64,000 bases of DNA from Candidatus Dadabacteria bacterium (GCA_022564935.1 JADFKM010000001.1:464-64463), one strand, 5' to 3'; shown: positions 50,594 through 60,699, counted from the first letter of the stretch. Notes: a model not told the origin generated them from the letters alone. Made by a program: numbers and translations.

Positions 50594-50917
50594 ATGTCTG
50601 AAGATATAGTGAGCAAGATTCAGTCACAAATAAACGAAAACGACATCATCATCTACATGAAAGGCACCCCGGAGATGCCACAGTGCGGCTTCTCCGCCCA
50701 GACGGTCGGCCTGTTCAAGTCGTACGGCGTGCCCTTCACCTCGGTCGATGTCCTCGAAGACCCCGAAATAAGGCAGTCCATAAAGGAGTTCTCCAACTGG
50801 CCCACCATCCCGCAGGTCTACATAAAGGGGCAGTTCGTAGGCGGCTGCGACATTTGCAACGAGATGCACGCAAGCGGCGAGCTTGAAAAGATGGCGAAGA
50901 GCGCAGTAGCGGGCTGA
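50594..50917 (+). CDS. grxD: Monothiol glutaredoxin Grx4
   Basis: MKGTP..PQCGFS, WPTIPQ, GGCD. Confidence 0.96.
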   Translation: MSEDIVSKIQSQINENDIIIYMKGTPEMPQCGFSAQTVGLFKSYGVPFTSVDVLEDPEIRQSIKEFSNWPTIPQVYIKGQFVGGCDICNEMHASGELEKMAKSAVAG

Positions 50918-50983
50918 AGCAGCGCTGCGTAGAAGCTCATAGCCCGCTTCGAAGTGGGACGGTCTGATGATGGAGCGTGGGCT

Positions 50984-51301
50984 TTAGAGGTCGGTTTCTG
51001 TTATTTCGAACTTTGTCCTTAGAAACATTATCAGCTCGGTAAGAGCTTCTCTCATAGACAACGTTAGTGCGGTCTTTCCGTACCTTCCCTCTACCACGTA
51101 ATCGAAATCCGCCGTCACGTGGTACTCGGATAGATCCTCTCCCGCGATGGTAGTCGAATCGCTGAGGATCTGATGGTATTGCGTTACAAGCTTATCGGAA
51201 ACGGGAGCGGAATCCTCTGAGGGGAGTGAGTACCGCATCGCCTTAAGCTCCGCGTACCGCACCTTCAATTCGTTCCTCTGTTCTTCAGTCAGCTCCGCCA
51301 T
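50984..51301 (-). CDS. Hypothetical protein, stand-alone paralog of the N-domain of 51418-52140
   Basis: MAELTEEQ vs MAELSEEQ, with colinear similarity over about 100 aa. Confidence 0.75.
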   Translation of the reverse strand: MAELTEEQRNELKVRYAELKAMRYSLPSEDSAPVSDKLVTQYHQILSDSTTIAGEDLSEYHVTADFDYVVEGRYGKTALTLSMREALTELIMFLRTKFEITETDL

Positions 51302-51357
51302 GGTTAGCCCCCTGCATAATGCTTTACATCGGTTATCTATATTGAGTTCCCGCTTCG

Positions 51358-51373
51358 AATCTATAATAGCATA
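51358..51373 (-). promoter_or_regulatory. Duplicated extended -10-like element (copy 1)
   Basis: Minus strand TATGCTATTATAGATT, identical at 52195-52210 and a similar distance from each ATG. Confidence 0.6.
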
Positions 51374-51417
51374 GAAGATGTGAAAACAGAGTAAAAGTGT
51401 GTCAGAATTTTATCGTC

Positions 51418-52140
51418 TTATTTACTTTCCCTCACCTTAGTTTCATTCAAAATATCCAGTAGTATGTCAATAAAAGCCAGTATTTTCATTGCATCCTCTC
51501 TGGAAAACTGGTCTGAGAGCTTGTGATGGGTTTCGCCTCTAAAACTTAACATCGTACCCCTATAAAGCTGGTAAAAACCTTCTTGTTCGGATGGGGTACC
51601 ATCTATAACTAGTAAGCCCCTTGTATTATGAAGAACTGTGTTAACTAATTTTACTCCCACCTCTGTTAAGTCAGGGTCTGCTAAATTTCTAATTCTGTGT
51701 TCTAATATGGTGGTTGCTTCTCGTATTACTCTGTCAAAATTTTCTTGGGCTGATAAAAGGTCGATGCATCTTTCCTTTAACTCATTATCCTTGATTATCT
51801 TAATGATATTTCCTATTCCAACAATTGGTTTACTTTCTACTGATTCGAATTCTATGTTAATCAGTGCAATTAGTTGTCTAAGAATCGATTTAAATGATAG
51901 ATTAAAATAACGTCTAACAAGTTTTCTTCCAGTGGTGTATTCAGCATCTGGTTTAATTTTGAATTGTGAGAAATCTTTCTCAGATACACTTTCCAAATCT
52001 TTAAGAAGTCTAAAATAGCTATTAACGATTTGGTTAGATACCATTTCGGTTTCTTTTTGGGGCAGTGTGTCATCTATTGCTCTTAGCTGAGCAAATATAA
52101 TTTTTAATTTTTTGTGCTGCTCTTCAGACAACTCTGCCAT
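51418..52140 (-). CDS. TIGR02391 (Ymh, HEPN-like) domain protein
   Basis: IREAT.ILEHRIR, SEQEGFYQLYRG, RGETHH (Rx4H), DAMKIL. AT-rich coding. Confidence 0.75.
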   Translation of the reverse strand: MAELSEEQHKKLKIIFAQLRAIDDTLPQKETEMVSNQIVNSYFRLLKDLESVSEKDFSQFKIKPDAEYTTGRKLVRRYFNLSFKSILRQLIALINIEFESVESKPIVGIGNIIKIIKDNELKERCIDLLSAQENFDRVIREATTILEHRIRNLADPDLTEVGVKLVNTVLHNTRGLLVIDGTPSEQEGFYQLYRGTMLSFRGETHHKLSDQFSREDAMKILAFIDILLDILNETKVRESK

Positions 52141-52194
52141 TGCAAAACCCCTTCTTACAAATTAAGTCAGTTGCGCATATGCGCTCCTACTACA

Positions 52195-52210
52195 AATCTA
52201 TAATAGCATA
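52195..52210 (-). promoter_or_regulatory. Duplicated extended -10-like element (copy 2)
   Basis: AATCTATAATAGCATA on the + strand, 16/16 match to 51358-51373. Confidence 0.6.
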
Positions 52211-52286
52211 AAGTGCTACCATGTTTGAATAGTCCGTGGAAAGAAAGAGTGAGTAAGCGGGGTGAGAGAATTCGTCCCGGATTGAC

Positions 52287-53141
52287 TCACCGCTGCGGGC
52301 AAGGTCTGGTCTCGCCGCATATCTTGGCGCCCTTCATAGTCCGCAGGTAGGCCAGTATTGCGTTAAGCTCCATCTCGGAAAGGTCGCCGAAGGCGGGCAT
52401 ACCGCTCCGCGCCCTGAAGCCGGGGGCGTTGCGGATGAACTGGCGCAGCATCCCCTCCTTCCAGTACTCCGTCACATTATGGGGCACATTTAGCTCCGGC
52501 CCCACCGTGCCGCCCACTAGATTAACAGTGTGGCACATCAGGCAGCGGGTCTTGAACAGCGTCATTCCCCTGTAGACCACCGACGTCTTGGGCACTCTCG
52601 GCACGGCGGCGGTGTAGTATTCCATATAGGGCATAACGCTTATGGACTGGAGCTCGTAGGGCCAGTGGTAGCGTTTGTCCTTATGAGAAACCCCCTCCCA
52701 CACGAGGTAGAACGGGGCGGGTGAGACGGTTTTGCCGCCCTGCATGACTGGCATCCAGTCCTTGCCCTTCGGCGCGTTGAGGTCGCGCACGGCTATAACG
52801 CCGCGCTTTTTGAGGGCGTCGTCGAGGGACATCACGGGGGTGTATCCGTCGGCGCAGTGGAACACAAGCTCGCCGCCGGCTTTGCGAATCTTCTCTATAT
52901 CCGGCACAGTCCTCAGCAGCGCCTCAAGCGGGTAGCCCATGTAGCGCTTCTTCTTGCCGTACGCCGGGTCGTCTGCGATGACAACTTCCACGAGGGGTTT
53001 AAGCCTGCCCTGGTTCTTCAGCATCTGTATGTCTATTACCGCATACGGGTCTGCGTGTGCGGCCATGCCCGCACCGAAGCACAGCGCGAACACTACGGCG
53101 AGCAACGCAAGGCCTTCTATACTCCAAAACTTATAAATCAT
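52287..53141 (-). CDS. Secreted c-type cytochrome with an N-terminal oxidoreductase-like domain
   Basis: Signal peptide, CADGY, PFYLVW, WPYEL, CLMCH heme motif, GPELN, MPAF. Confidence 0.85.
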   Translation of the reverse strand: MIYKFWSIEGLALLAVVFALCFGAGMAAHADPYAVIDIQMLKNQGRLKPLVEVVIADDPAYGKKKRYMGYPLEALLRTVPDIEKIRKAGGELVFHCADGYTPVMSLDDALKKRGVIAVRDLNAPKGKDWMPVMQGGKTVSPAPFYLVWEGVSHKDKRYHWPYELQSISVMPYMEYYTAAVPRVPKTSVVYRGMTLFKTRCLMCHTVNLVGGTVGPELNVPHNVTEYWKEGMLRQFIRNAPGFRARSGMPAFGDLSEMELNAILAYLRTMKGAKICGETRPCPQR

Positions 53142-53153
53142 ATTTAACTCCTC

Positions 53154-53348
53154 TCAATTTCTCGGCTTCCATATCCACTTGTCCGTTTTGTCGATGAAGC
53201 CCCATTTGTCCTTTATAAGCACGGCAGCAAGATCTTCGGAAAATCTCGGAAGAGAGTGAATGATAGATTTGTATGCGCATGCCGGGTAGCTGAAATATAG
53301 AACGCTAACGGCAAGAGTAACGAGGAATAAAGAGGTTGTTTTTCTCAT
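53154..53348 (-). pseudogene. WG(KWG)-repeat protein reduced to a signal peptide plus one repeat
   Basis: Signal peptide, then FSEDLAAV...KWGFIDKT..WIWKP*. Confidence 0.6.
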
Positions 53349-53487
53349 GGTACGCCCCTTACTGCCCGGTTCTTTAAAGTATAGCGCAATATACGGCTCA
53401 AAATCTGCGGGATGTTAGCGGAGGGAGGTAGTTGTAGGGAGAAGAGATTGACTTCGCCGGAATTGTGACTAAGCTATTAGTGTAGCT

Positions 53488-53898
53488 ATGAAGTACCTCA
53501 GCTTTCTCATAGTGTTGAGCGTGTTTGCGTGCTACGGCGACCTTTGCCCGAAGGTGTACGCCTCGGCGCCGTCCCACCATTCCACAGAAATGGGAGACGC
53601 ATTGCACACCTCCCAACATCCCGCGCACATGGACATGGGGCTTGCCGCTTCGCATGACGTGAGCATGGATACACGTTCCCACTCAGAGCAGTGCGATAGC
53701 TGTCAAGATGCCCTCCTCGGCTCTACGGATAAAACGGACTGGAGCCTGTTTCCGGCTCAGGCCATACTTCATACCGCAGTTGCCGGAATAGACGCCACGG
53801 GGTTAAACGCAGCTCACGGGTACCTGATGAAAACCCCACTTATAAGGAAACACGCCCCTCCTGAGTTATTCCTGAATAACTCCACCTTCCTGCTTTAA
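53488..53898 (+). CDS. His/Met-rich small protein upstream of the metal efflux operon
   Basis: Leader, HHSTEM..HPAHMDM, CDSC, APP..LFL...FLL ending. Confidence 0.6.
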   Translation: MKYLSFLIVLSVFACYGDLCPKVYASAPSHHSTEMGDALHTSQHPAHMDMGLAASHDVSMDTRSHSEQCDSCQDALLGSTDKTDWSLFPAQAILHTAVAGIDATGLNAAHGYLMKTPLIRKHAPPELFLNNSTFLL

Positions 53899-54005
53899 TC
53901 CTTTTCCCACCCACGTGTTTTGTGCGGCGCACCGCTGTTTGAGTATCTGTGCGTCCGCTGTGTTTTGTCTTGGAAAAAAATATTTTGGGAAAAGAGAGAA
54001 AAGCC

Positions 54006-55328
54006 ATGAATGTTCTGAAGAATTTTGGATATAAGACACTGAAGCTTCTGCCGGCGGCGGCGCTGCTGGTTGCGTTTACGGCCCGCGCCCCGCTCTCGGC
54101 AGAGGTGGAGACCCCCGAGTCACAAGAATCAATAGAGTCACTGGAGTCCCTCGTAGAGGAGGCCCTTCGCAACAACCCGGAGATAAAAGCGGAAAGAGCC
54201 AGATGGGAGGCCTCTACAAAGCGTCCGTCACAGGAGGGCGCGCTGCCAAATCCTACCATAGGCGTAAGATTCAAGAATGTAGGACTTACGGACATAACCC
54301 AGGGAGAAGACCCTAGAACGGATATACAGGCCTTTATGAGTCAGGAGATACCATTTCCCGGCAAACTGTCTCTCAAAGCAGAAGTCGCCCGGGAGCAATC
54401 AGAAGCCCAAAGGTGGATATACGATGTGGTCGCCAGGAGAGTCAAGGCCGATCTTAAAGTGGCTTATCACGACTGGTTCCTGGCTAGTAAATCTATAGAG
54501 ATCACTCTTAAGAATAAAGACCTTATCGGAAAATTCTTAAAAATCGCCGAAGTAAAATACTCCGTTGGAGAAGGAATACAGCAAGATGTGCTTAAAGCTC
54601 AGGTTGAACTATCGAGATTTATAGAGCAGCTAGAGCTTCTCGGAGAGAAAAAGGGCATCGAAGAGGCCAAGCTGAGAAGCATTTTGAATCGTCCGCCCGA
54701 CTCTCCCCTTGGGGAGCCGGAAGAAGTAGAAAAATCTCTTTTTATTCTGACTGAAGACGAGATATACGCGCTTACTCAAGAGAAGGCGCCCCTTCTCAAA
54801 TCAAAGGAAAGACTGATCGAGAGTAAGAAAAGGGGCTTGGATCTGGCCAAGAAGCAATATTTCCCCGACTTTATCGTACAAGCCACCTACTTTAACCGTG
54901 ACGGTGGCGACGGTAATCTCTCGGACTTGTGGCAGGTGGGACTGGAGATGAAGGTTCCTCTGTACTTCTGGAGGAAGGAGAAATTCGGAGTTGATGAGGC
55001 GGTTTCTCGGTTGCAGGCTGCGCGGGAGGATTATTCAAGCGCGAACCAATCGCTGTTTTTCGTAGTAAAAGATCATTTCCTGGTCTTAAAGACCTCTGAG
55101 AATCTTCTCGAGCTTTTTGAGCAAGGCTTGATTCCACAAGCCTCCTTGTCCCTTGAGTCGGCAATAGCAGGTTATCGGGTTGGGAATATAGATTTTCTTA
55201 CACTCCTGGATAACCTCATAACACTTTTTAACTTTGAACTCACATACTACACCTACCTTACAAACTATCAGAATGCATTGGCAAGGATTGAAGAGGTTAT
55301 CGGCATAGATATTACTGGGGATAAGTGA
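54006..55328 (+). CDS. TolC-family outer-membrane efflux protein (CusC-like)
   Basis: ALRNNPEI, LPNP, QEIPFPGKL, Y..G..DFL. Confidence 0.9.
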   Translation: MNVLKNFGYKTLKLLPAAALLVAFTARAPLSAEVETPESQESIESLESLVEEALRNNPEIKAERARWEASTKRPSQEGALPNPTIGVRFKNVGLTDITQGEDPRTDIQAFMSQEIPFPGKLSLKAEVAREQSEAQRWIYDVVARRVKADLKVAYHDWFLASKSIEITLKNKDLIGKFLKIAEVKYSVGEGIQQDVLKAQVELSRFIEQLELLGEKKGIEEAKLRSILNRPPDSPLGEPEEVEKSLFILTEDEIYALTQEKAPLLKSKERLIESKKRGLDLAKKQYFPDFIVQATYFNRDGGDGNLSDLWQVGLEMKVPLYFWRKEKFGVDEAVSRLQAAREDYSSANQSLFFVVKDHFLVLKTSENLLELFEQGLIPQASLSLESAIAGYRVGNIDFLTLLDNLITLFNFELTYYTYLTNYQNALARIEEVIGIDITGDK

Positions 55329-55335
55329 GAGGGAT

Positions 55336-57027
55336 ATGAAAGGAAATAAATGGATAATGAAAGGAGGAGTCGTGATCAAAAAAGCGAAGATTAACAAGGC
55401 AATAAAATTCACCGCACTGGGTGTTTTGATCTTTCTCGTCTCCGTTATTGCCCTTTCGTATGTGAAAAGTAATGGAGGGGCGAGGCAGGGAAAAAGCGTC
55501 GAGAGTGTTATCTCCGAAGAGATGCATGAAGACCGCCAAGCAATGGAAGAAGGGGCCCTCCATGAGGGGGCGTATAAAGACCAGCACAAAATGGAGGTAA
55601 AGACCTCTCATGGGGGAATGGGCATGGAAGAGGATAGGGAAAGGGAGCCATCCCGGGGCACTCAAGGGCTGGCAAGGGTGCATATAGATCCACGCAAACA
55701 GCAGCTCATAGGGGTAAAAACTGGCGAAGTGGCGAAAAGGAAGCTCTTAAAGAATATAAGAACGGTAGGAGTAATTGAGGCCGATGAGAGAAAAATCGCA
55801 AGGGTCAGCATAAAATTTCGCGGATGGGTAAAGGATGTGTTTGTGGATTACGTTGGGAAATATGTAGGGCGTGGAGAACCCCTATTTAACGTTTACAGTC
55901 CTGAGGTCGTAGCAACGGTAGAGGAGTATCTTCTTGCCCTGGGGGCGGAGGACTCGTTTGGGAAAAGCTCTTTTCCGGAGATTTCTTCCAGTGCAAAATC
56001 TCTCATTGCGGCTACTCGCAGAAGACTTCTTCTGTGGGATATTTCTGAGAGGGAAATAGAGAGGATCGAAAAAACGGGCAAGCCGATTAAGTATCTAACC
56101 CTCTACTCACCCATAAGCGGGTATGTTACAAAGCGTGAAGCCTTTCCGGAGAAGATGGTCATGCCAAATGATGTTGTATTTGAGATCGTCGACCTATCTA
56201 CTGTGTGGCTTTTTGCTGATATTTATGAGTATGAACTCCCCCTTGTGAAGGTCGGGCAGGAGGCCATAATTACCCTTTCTTACTACCCTAAGGAGGTTTT
56301 TCATGGAAAGGTCACATACGTTTACCCCACCGTAGAGACTAGAACAAGGACCGTAAAAGTGAGGTTTGAGTTTGAGAATGAGGGAATGAAACTAAAGCCC
56401 GGCATGTATACCAATGTGGAAATAAAGATCCCTCTTGAAGAAGCGCTTACCGTAACGGAGGATTCGGTTATTGACACCGGGGAGAGGAAAATCGTGTTTG
56501 TTGCAATGGGAGACGGCTACTTTGAGCCAAGAAACGTTAGAGTCGGGCAAAGGGCTGAAGGTTATTATGAAGTTTTAGACGGGCTGAGGGAAGGTGAGAT
56601 AGTTGTAAGGAGCGCCGTTTTCCTCATAGACTCCGAAAGCCGTCTCAAGGGGGCGATAGAAGCCTATGTTGCGGGGACGGAGCCTGTTTCGCAAGCCCCG
56701 ATAGCGGCCCCTAAAGAGATCGATATCTCGTTTTCAACCGACGGGGGGATTTCGCGTGTCGGGAACAACGCCTTTAAGATCGGCTTGAGGGATATGGAGG
56801 GGAATCCGATTACCGACGCCGAGGTTAAAGTCGTGTTTCACATGCCCCCTATGCAATCTATGGGAATGCCCGCCATGACTATATCCTCGGCGGGAAAGCA
56901 CAAAAAGGACGGTCTCTACATTGTGAAAATAAAACTCTCTATGAGCGGCTCATGGCAGGTGAAGGTCATTGCCTCAAGGCCCGGAAAGCCTTCTGCGTCC
57001 AGCTTTTTTGAGATTAATGTAAGGTGA
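55336..57027 (+). CDS. cusB: CusB-like RND periplasmic adaptor with C-terminal YtkA/FixH-like domain
   Basis: His/Met-rich N-terminus, QQLIGVKT, YSPE, DLSTVW, LKPGM, FLIDSES, then MPPM..MGMPAM...MSGSWQV. Confidence 0.88.
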   Translation: MKGNKWIMKGGVVIKKAKINKAIKFTALGVLIFLVSVIALSYVKSNGGARQGKSVESVISEEMHEDRQAMEEGALHEGAYKDQHKMEVKTSHGGMGMEEDREREPSRGTQGLARVHIDPRKQQLIGVKTGEVAKRKLLKNIRTVGVIEADERKIARVSIKFRGWVKDVFVDYVGKYVGRGEPLFNVYSPEVVATVEEYLLALGAEDSFGKSSFPEISSSAKSLIAATRRRLLLWDISEREIERIEKTGKPIKYLTLYSPISGYVTKREAFPEKMVMPNDVVFEIVDLSTVWLFADIYEYELPLVKVGQEAIITLSYYPKEVFHGKVTYVYPTVETRTRTVKVRFEFENEGMKLKPGMYTNVEIKIPLEEALTVTEDSVIDTGERKIVFVAMGDGYFEPRNVRVGQRAEGYYEVLDGLREGEIVVRSAVFLIDSESRLKGAIEAYVAGTEPVSQAPIAAPKEIDISFSTDGGISRVGNNAFKIGLRDMEGNPITDAEVKVVFHMPPMQSMGMPAMTISSAGKHKKDGLYIVKIKLSMSGSWQVKVIASRPGKPSASSFFEINVR

Positions 57028-57048
57028 CGAAGTGAGGGGGAAAAGGAT

Positions 57049-60000
57049 ATGATAGAAAAGATAATCGGATACTCTTCTCGAAACCGCTTCATGGTGTTTT
57101 TAATGATATTTTTTCTAACGGTCTGGGGCGGCTGGGCCCTTAGGAATACACCGCTTGACGCCATACCCGACCTCTCCGACACACAGGTAATTGTGTTTAC
57201 CGAATGGCCCGGAAGGAGTCCTGACCTCGTCGAGGATCAAATCACATACCCTATTACCACTATGCTCCTTGCAGCCCCCGAAGTAACTGTGGTAAGGGGA
57301 ATATCTATGTTCGGCTTTTCATTCGTCTATGTACTGTTCGAAGACGGCACGGACATTTACTGGGCGAGAAGCCGCGTGCTTGAGTACCTTATCGGTCTGG
57401 GGGGAAAACTGCCCGAAGGGGTGAGCCCGACGCTTGGGCCTGACGCCACCGGTGTTGGCTGGGTATATGAATATGCCCTGGTTGATGAAACAGGCACCTA
57501 CGATCTCTCGGAGCTGCGCTCTTTTCAGGACTGGTACTTGAGGTACTGGCTCCAGAGCGTTCCGGGGGTGGCCGAGGTCGCAAGCGTGGGCGGGTTCGTG
57601 AAGCAGTATCAGATAAACATAGACCCAAATAAACTCCTTGCCTATGACATTGATTTAAAAACCGTCATTGATGCGGTTAGAAGGAGCAATAACGACGTGG
57701 GGGGAAGGGTGGTGGAATGGACGGGCAGAGAGTACGTCGTGAGGGGCAGGGGGTATATAAAAACCCTCGACGATATAAGGAGCGTGGTCGTATCTGTGGA
57801 TGGAAGGGGAACAGGAACCCCCGTGCTTCTCAGGGAGTTGGCGCAGGTGCGCTTCGGCCCCGATATGCGGCGCGGTCTTGCGGAGCTCGACGGCAAAGGG
57901 GAGGTGGTCGGAGGAATTGTCATTGCGCGCTACGGGGAAAATGCCCTGGGCGTAATAAATAGGGTGAAAGAGAAGATCGAGGAGGTCAAAGGGGCTTTTC
58001 CTCCCGGAATTAAGCTTGTTACTACATACGACCGCTCCGAACTCATTAAGAAATCAGTAAAGACCCTAGTGAGTACACTTATCGAGGAAAGCGTTATTGT
58101 GAGCATTGTCTGTATCGTATTTCTGTATCACTTTAGATCGGCCCTCGTGGTCATTCTGATCCTCCCCTTTGCCGTTCTTTTTTCTTTCATACCTATGTAC
58201 TACCTGAACCTTACATCAAACATAATGTCCCTGGGAGGAATTGCCATCGCATTAGGGGCTATGATCGATGCGGCAATAGTAATTGTCGAAAATGTCCATA
58301 AGAGGCTTGAGCGCTGGGAAGAGGAGGGGGAAAAGCAGGATAGAGTCGGTGTGATGATAGATGCCGCAAAGGAGGTGGGAAAGCCTATATTCTTTGCCTT
58401 GCTCGTAATAACCGTTTCTTTTATTCCCGTCTTTACGCTCGAATACCAGGAAGGAAGGCTTTTTAAGCCCCTTGCTTTCACAAAGACCTTCTGTATGGCA
58501 TTTGCCGCCCTTCTTTCCATAACCCTTACCTCCGCTTTAATACCCATCTTTGTCCGCGGCAGGATCACACCTGAGAAGAAAAACCCCCTAAACCGCTTTT
58601 TAATCAGGTTCTACCATCCGGTGGTTAGGATGGCGTTAAGATTCAAAAAGACCTCGGTACTTGCAGCCGTTGTGCTTCTTGTGGTTACGATTCCGGCGTT
58701 GTCCAGGATAGGCTCTGAGTTTATGCCCCCTCTCAACGAAGGGGTTATAATGGATATGCCGGTAACTCCGCCCGGAATCTCCATTACGGATGCGGGGGCA
58801 TTGCTTCAGCTTAGGAATAAGATTATTAAAGAGTTTCCTGAGGTCGAAACGGTTTTTGGAAAGGCGGGAAGGGCAGAAACGTCAACAGATCCCGCCGGTC
58901 TTTCTATGATTGAAACGAATATAGTTTTAAAACCCGAGAGCGAGTGGCGAAAGATTCTCCTCGGGCGCTGGTATTCGAGCTGGGCTCCCGAGCCAATAAA
59001 AAAAGCCCTACGTCTTATTTGGCCTGAAGAAAAAACAATAACCCATGAAGAGCTCGTAAGTGAGCTGGACAGCGCTCTCCGTATACCAGGTTCTACGAAC
59101 GCATGGACTATGCCTATAAAGGCAAGGGTGGATATGCTTACAACCGGAATTCGAACCCCTGTGGGAATAAAGGTTTTTGGGCCTGAGCTTTCTAAGATCG
59201 AGGAGATAGGAATGGAAATAGAAAGAGCGCTGCAGGGCGTTCCCGGCACGAGGAGTGTCTACGCCGAGAGAGTAACAGGCGGGTATTTCATAGATTTTTG
59301 GGTGCGCAGAGAAGAAGCCGCTCGCTACGGGCTTAGGGTTGGAGAAGTGGAGGATATAATCGAAGCGGCGATAGGAGGAAAGAATATAACAACGACAATA
59401 GAAGGCCCCGAGAGGTACCCCGTAAACGTTAGATATTCCAGAGAGCTTCGCGATAGTATTCCAGAGCTTGAGAGAGTGCTTGTTTCGACCCCTGTTGGAG
59501 CCCATGTCCCATTACGGCAGCTTGTTGATATCCGTCTAACGATGGGGCCACCTGAAATAAAAACAGAAGAAGCGACCAAGGTGGGCTATGTCTATGTCGA
59601 TATAGCTGGTGTGGATATAGGAAAATATGTGGAGGAAGCAAAAGTGGTTATTGCGGATCAAGTACAACTACCGACGGGATATTTTCTCACCTGGAGCGGG
59701 CAGTATGAATACATGCTGAGAGTAAAGGAGCGGCTCAAGCTCGTAGTCCCGCTCACGCTGCTCATCATATTCGTGCTGCTTTACCTGAACTTCAGAAATG
59801 TCATAGAGAGCCTGATAATAATGCTCTCGGTGCCGTTCGCCGCGATCGGCGGTGTGTGGCTTATGTACCTGCTCGGCTACAACATGAGCGTGGCCACATG
59901 GGTGGGGTTCATTGCGCTCTCGGGGCTTGCCGCTCAAACGGGAGTTGTGATGATCATATACCTCGATCAATACTACGATAAGATGCTTCGGGAAGGAAAA

Positions 60001-60252
60001 ACGGGTCTCGATGACCTGTACAAAGCCATTCATGACGGAGCCGTGCAGAGGGTGAGGCCCAAGATGATGACCGTCATGGCGATGACCCTGGGGCTGCTGC
60101 CGCTTATGTGGAGCCACGGGGCCGGAGCGGACATGATGAAGCGCATAGCGGCGCCCATGATAGGCGGTCTCGTGACCTCGACGATTCTGACGCTCGTTAT
60201 CATCCCCGCGGTGTATGCGATTTGGAGGGAAAGGGGTTTGAGAACGAAATAA
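57049..60252 (+). CDS. cusA: CusA/SilA family heavy-metal RND permease
   Basis: PLDAIPDLSDTQVI, LGPDATGVGW, NIMSLGGIAIA, EFMPPLNEG, RVRPKMMT, MKRIAAPMIGG. Confidence 0.95.
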   Translation: MIEKIIGYSSRNRFMVFLMIFFLTVWGGWALRNTPLDAIPDLSDTQVIVFTEWPGRSPDLVEDQITYPITTMLLAAPEVTVVRGISMFGFSFVYVLFEDGTDIYWARSRVLEYLIGLGGKLPEGVSPTLGPDATGVGWVYEYALVDETGTYDLSELRSFQDWYLRYWLQSVPGVAEVASVGGFVKQYQINIDPNKLLAYDIDLKTVIDAVRRSNNDVGGRVVEWTGREYVVRGRGYIKTLDDIRSVVVSVDGRGTGTPVLLRELAQVRFGPDMRRGLAELDGKGEVVGGIVIARYGENALGVINRVKEKIEEVKGAFPPGIKLVTTYDRSELIKKSVKTLVSTLIEESVIVSIVCIVFLYHFRSALVVILILPFAVLFSFIPMYYLNLTSNIMSLGGIAIALGAMIDAAIVIVENVHKRLERWEEEGEKQDRVGVMIDAAKEVGKPIFFALLVITVSFIPVFTLEYQEGRLFKPLAFTKTFCMAFAALLSITLTSALIPIFVRGRITPEKKNPLNRFLIRFYHPVVRMALRFKKTSVLAAVVLLVVTIPALSRIGSEFMPPLNEGVIMDMPVTPPGISITDAGALLQLRNKIIKEFPEVETVFGKAGRAETSTDPAGLSMIETNIVLKPESEWRKILLGRWYSSWAPEPIKKALRLIWPEEKTITHEELVSELDSALRIPGSTNAWTMPIKARVDMLTTGIRTPVGIKVFGPELSKIEEIGMEIERALQGVPGTRSVYAERVTGGYFIDFWVRREEAARYGLRVGEVEDIIEAAIGGKNITTTIEGPERYPVNVRYSRELRDSIPELERVLVSTPVGAHVPLRQLVDIRLTMGPPEIKTEEATKVGYVYVDIAGVDIGKYVEEAKVVIADQVQLPTGYFLTWSGQYEYMLRVKERLKLVVPLTLLIIFVLLYLNFRNVIESLIIMLSVPFAAIGGVWLMYLLGYNMSVATWVGFIALSGLAAQTGVVMIIYLDQYYDKMLREGKTGLDDLYKAIHDGAVQRVRPKMMTVMAMTLGLLPLMWSHGAGADMMKRIAAPMIGGLVTSTILTLVIIPAVYAIWRERGLRTK

Positions 60253-60699
60253 ATTGTAAGGGCAAGAATAGACTATGATTAAAATAATTTTTTATAATAT
60301 AAAAAATCAGATGTTGGTTACCCAGGCAGAATAGCGTCCACCAATTGCCTCAAAAACAAAATCATACAAATATTCATCTGCAATGAAACAGGTACGCAGT
60401 GTACCCTCAAGAAAGGTAAATATAGTTTTAAACATATTATTTTACCAATTAAGGTAAAAAGAAGGAACTCGGGGACGCATCTGCACCCGGTATTCGGCCC
60501 AGGTAGCCAACGAGCAAAAGATATGTAATTGCTCTTTAATCATTCCGATACCGCCCGGGGCGCTTGGAAAGAGTGTTATTAAGCCAGGCGCCCTCTACTA
60601 TTACAATAACCACTGTGCCGGGGTGCGCCAGTAGTACGGGGTGGTAGAAGGGTTCTGAAAGTTCACCCATGCCGGTGTATATTTATTGCAGTCGCAGCA

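Noticed and set aside
50984..53348. Integron cassette array
   Set aside because: No attC-type RYYYAAC/GTTRRRY inverted structures or intI are visible, and the genes have their own promoter-like elements.
60308..60436. 42-codon minus-strand ORF in the AT-rich gap after cusA
   Set aside because: Too short, with no motif or clear RBS; I cannot support it.
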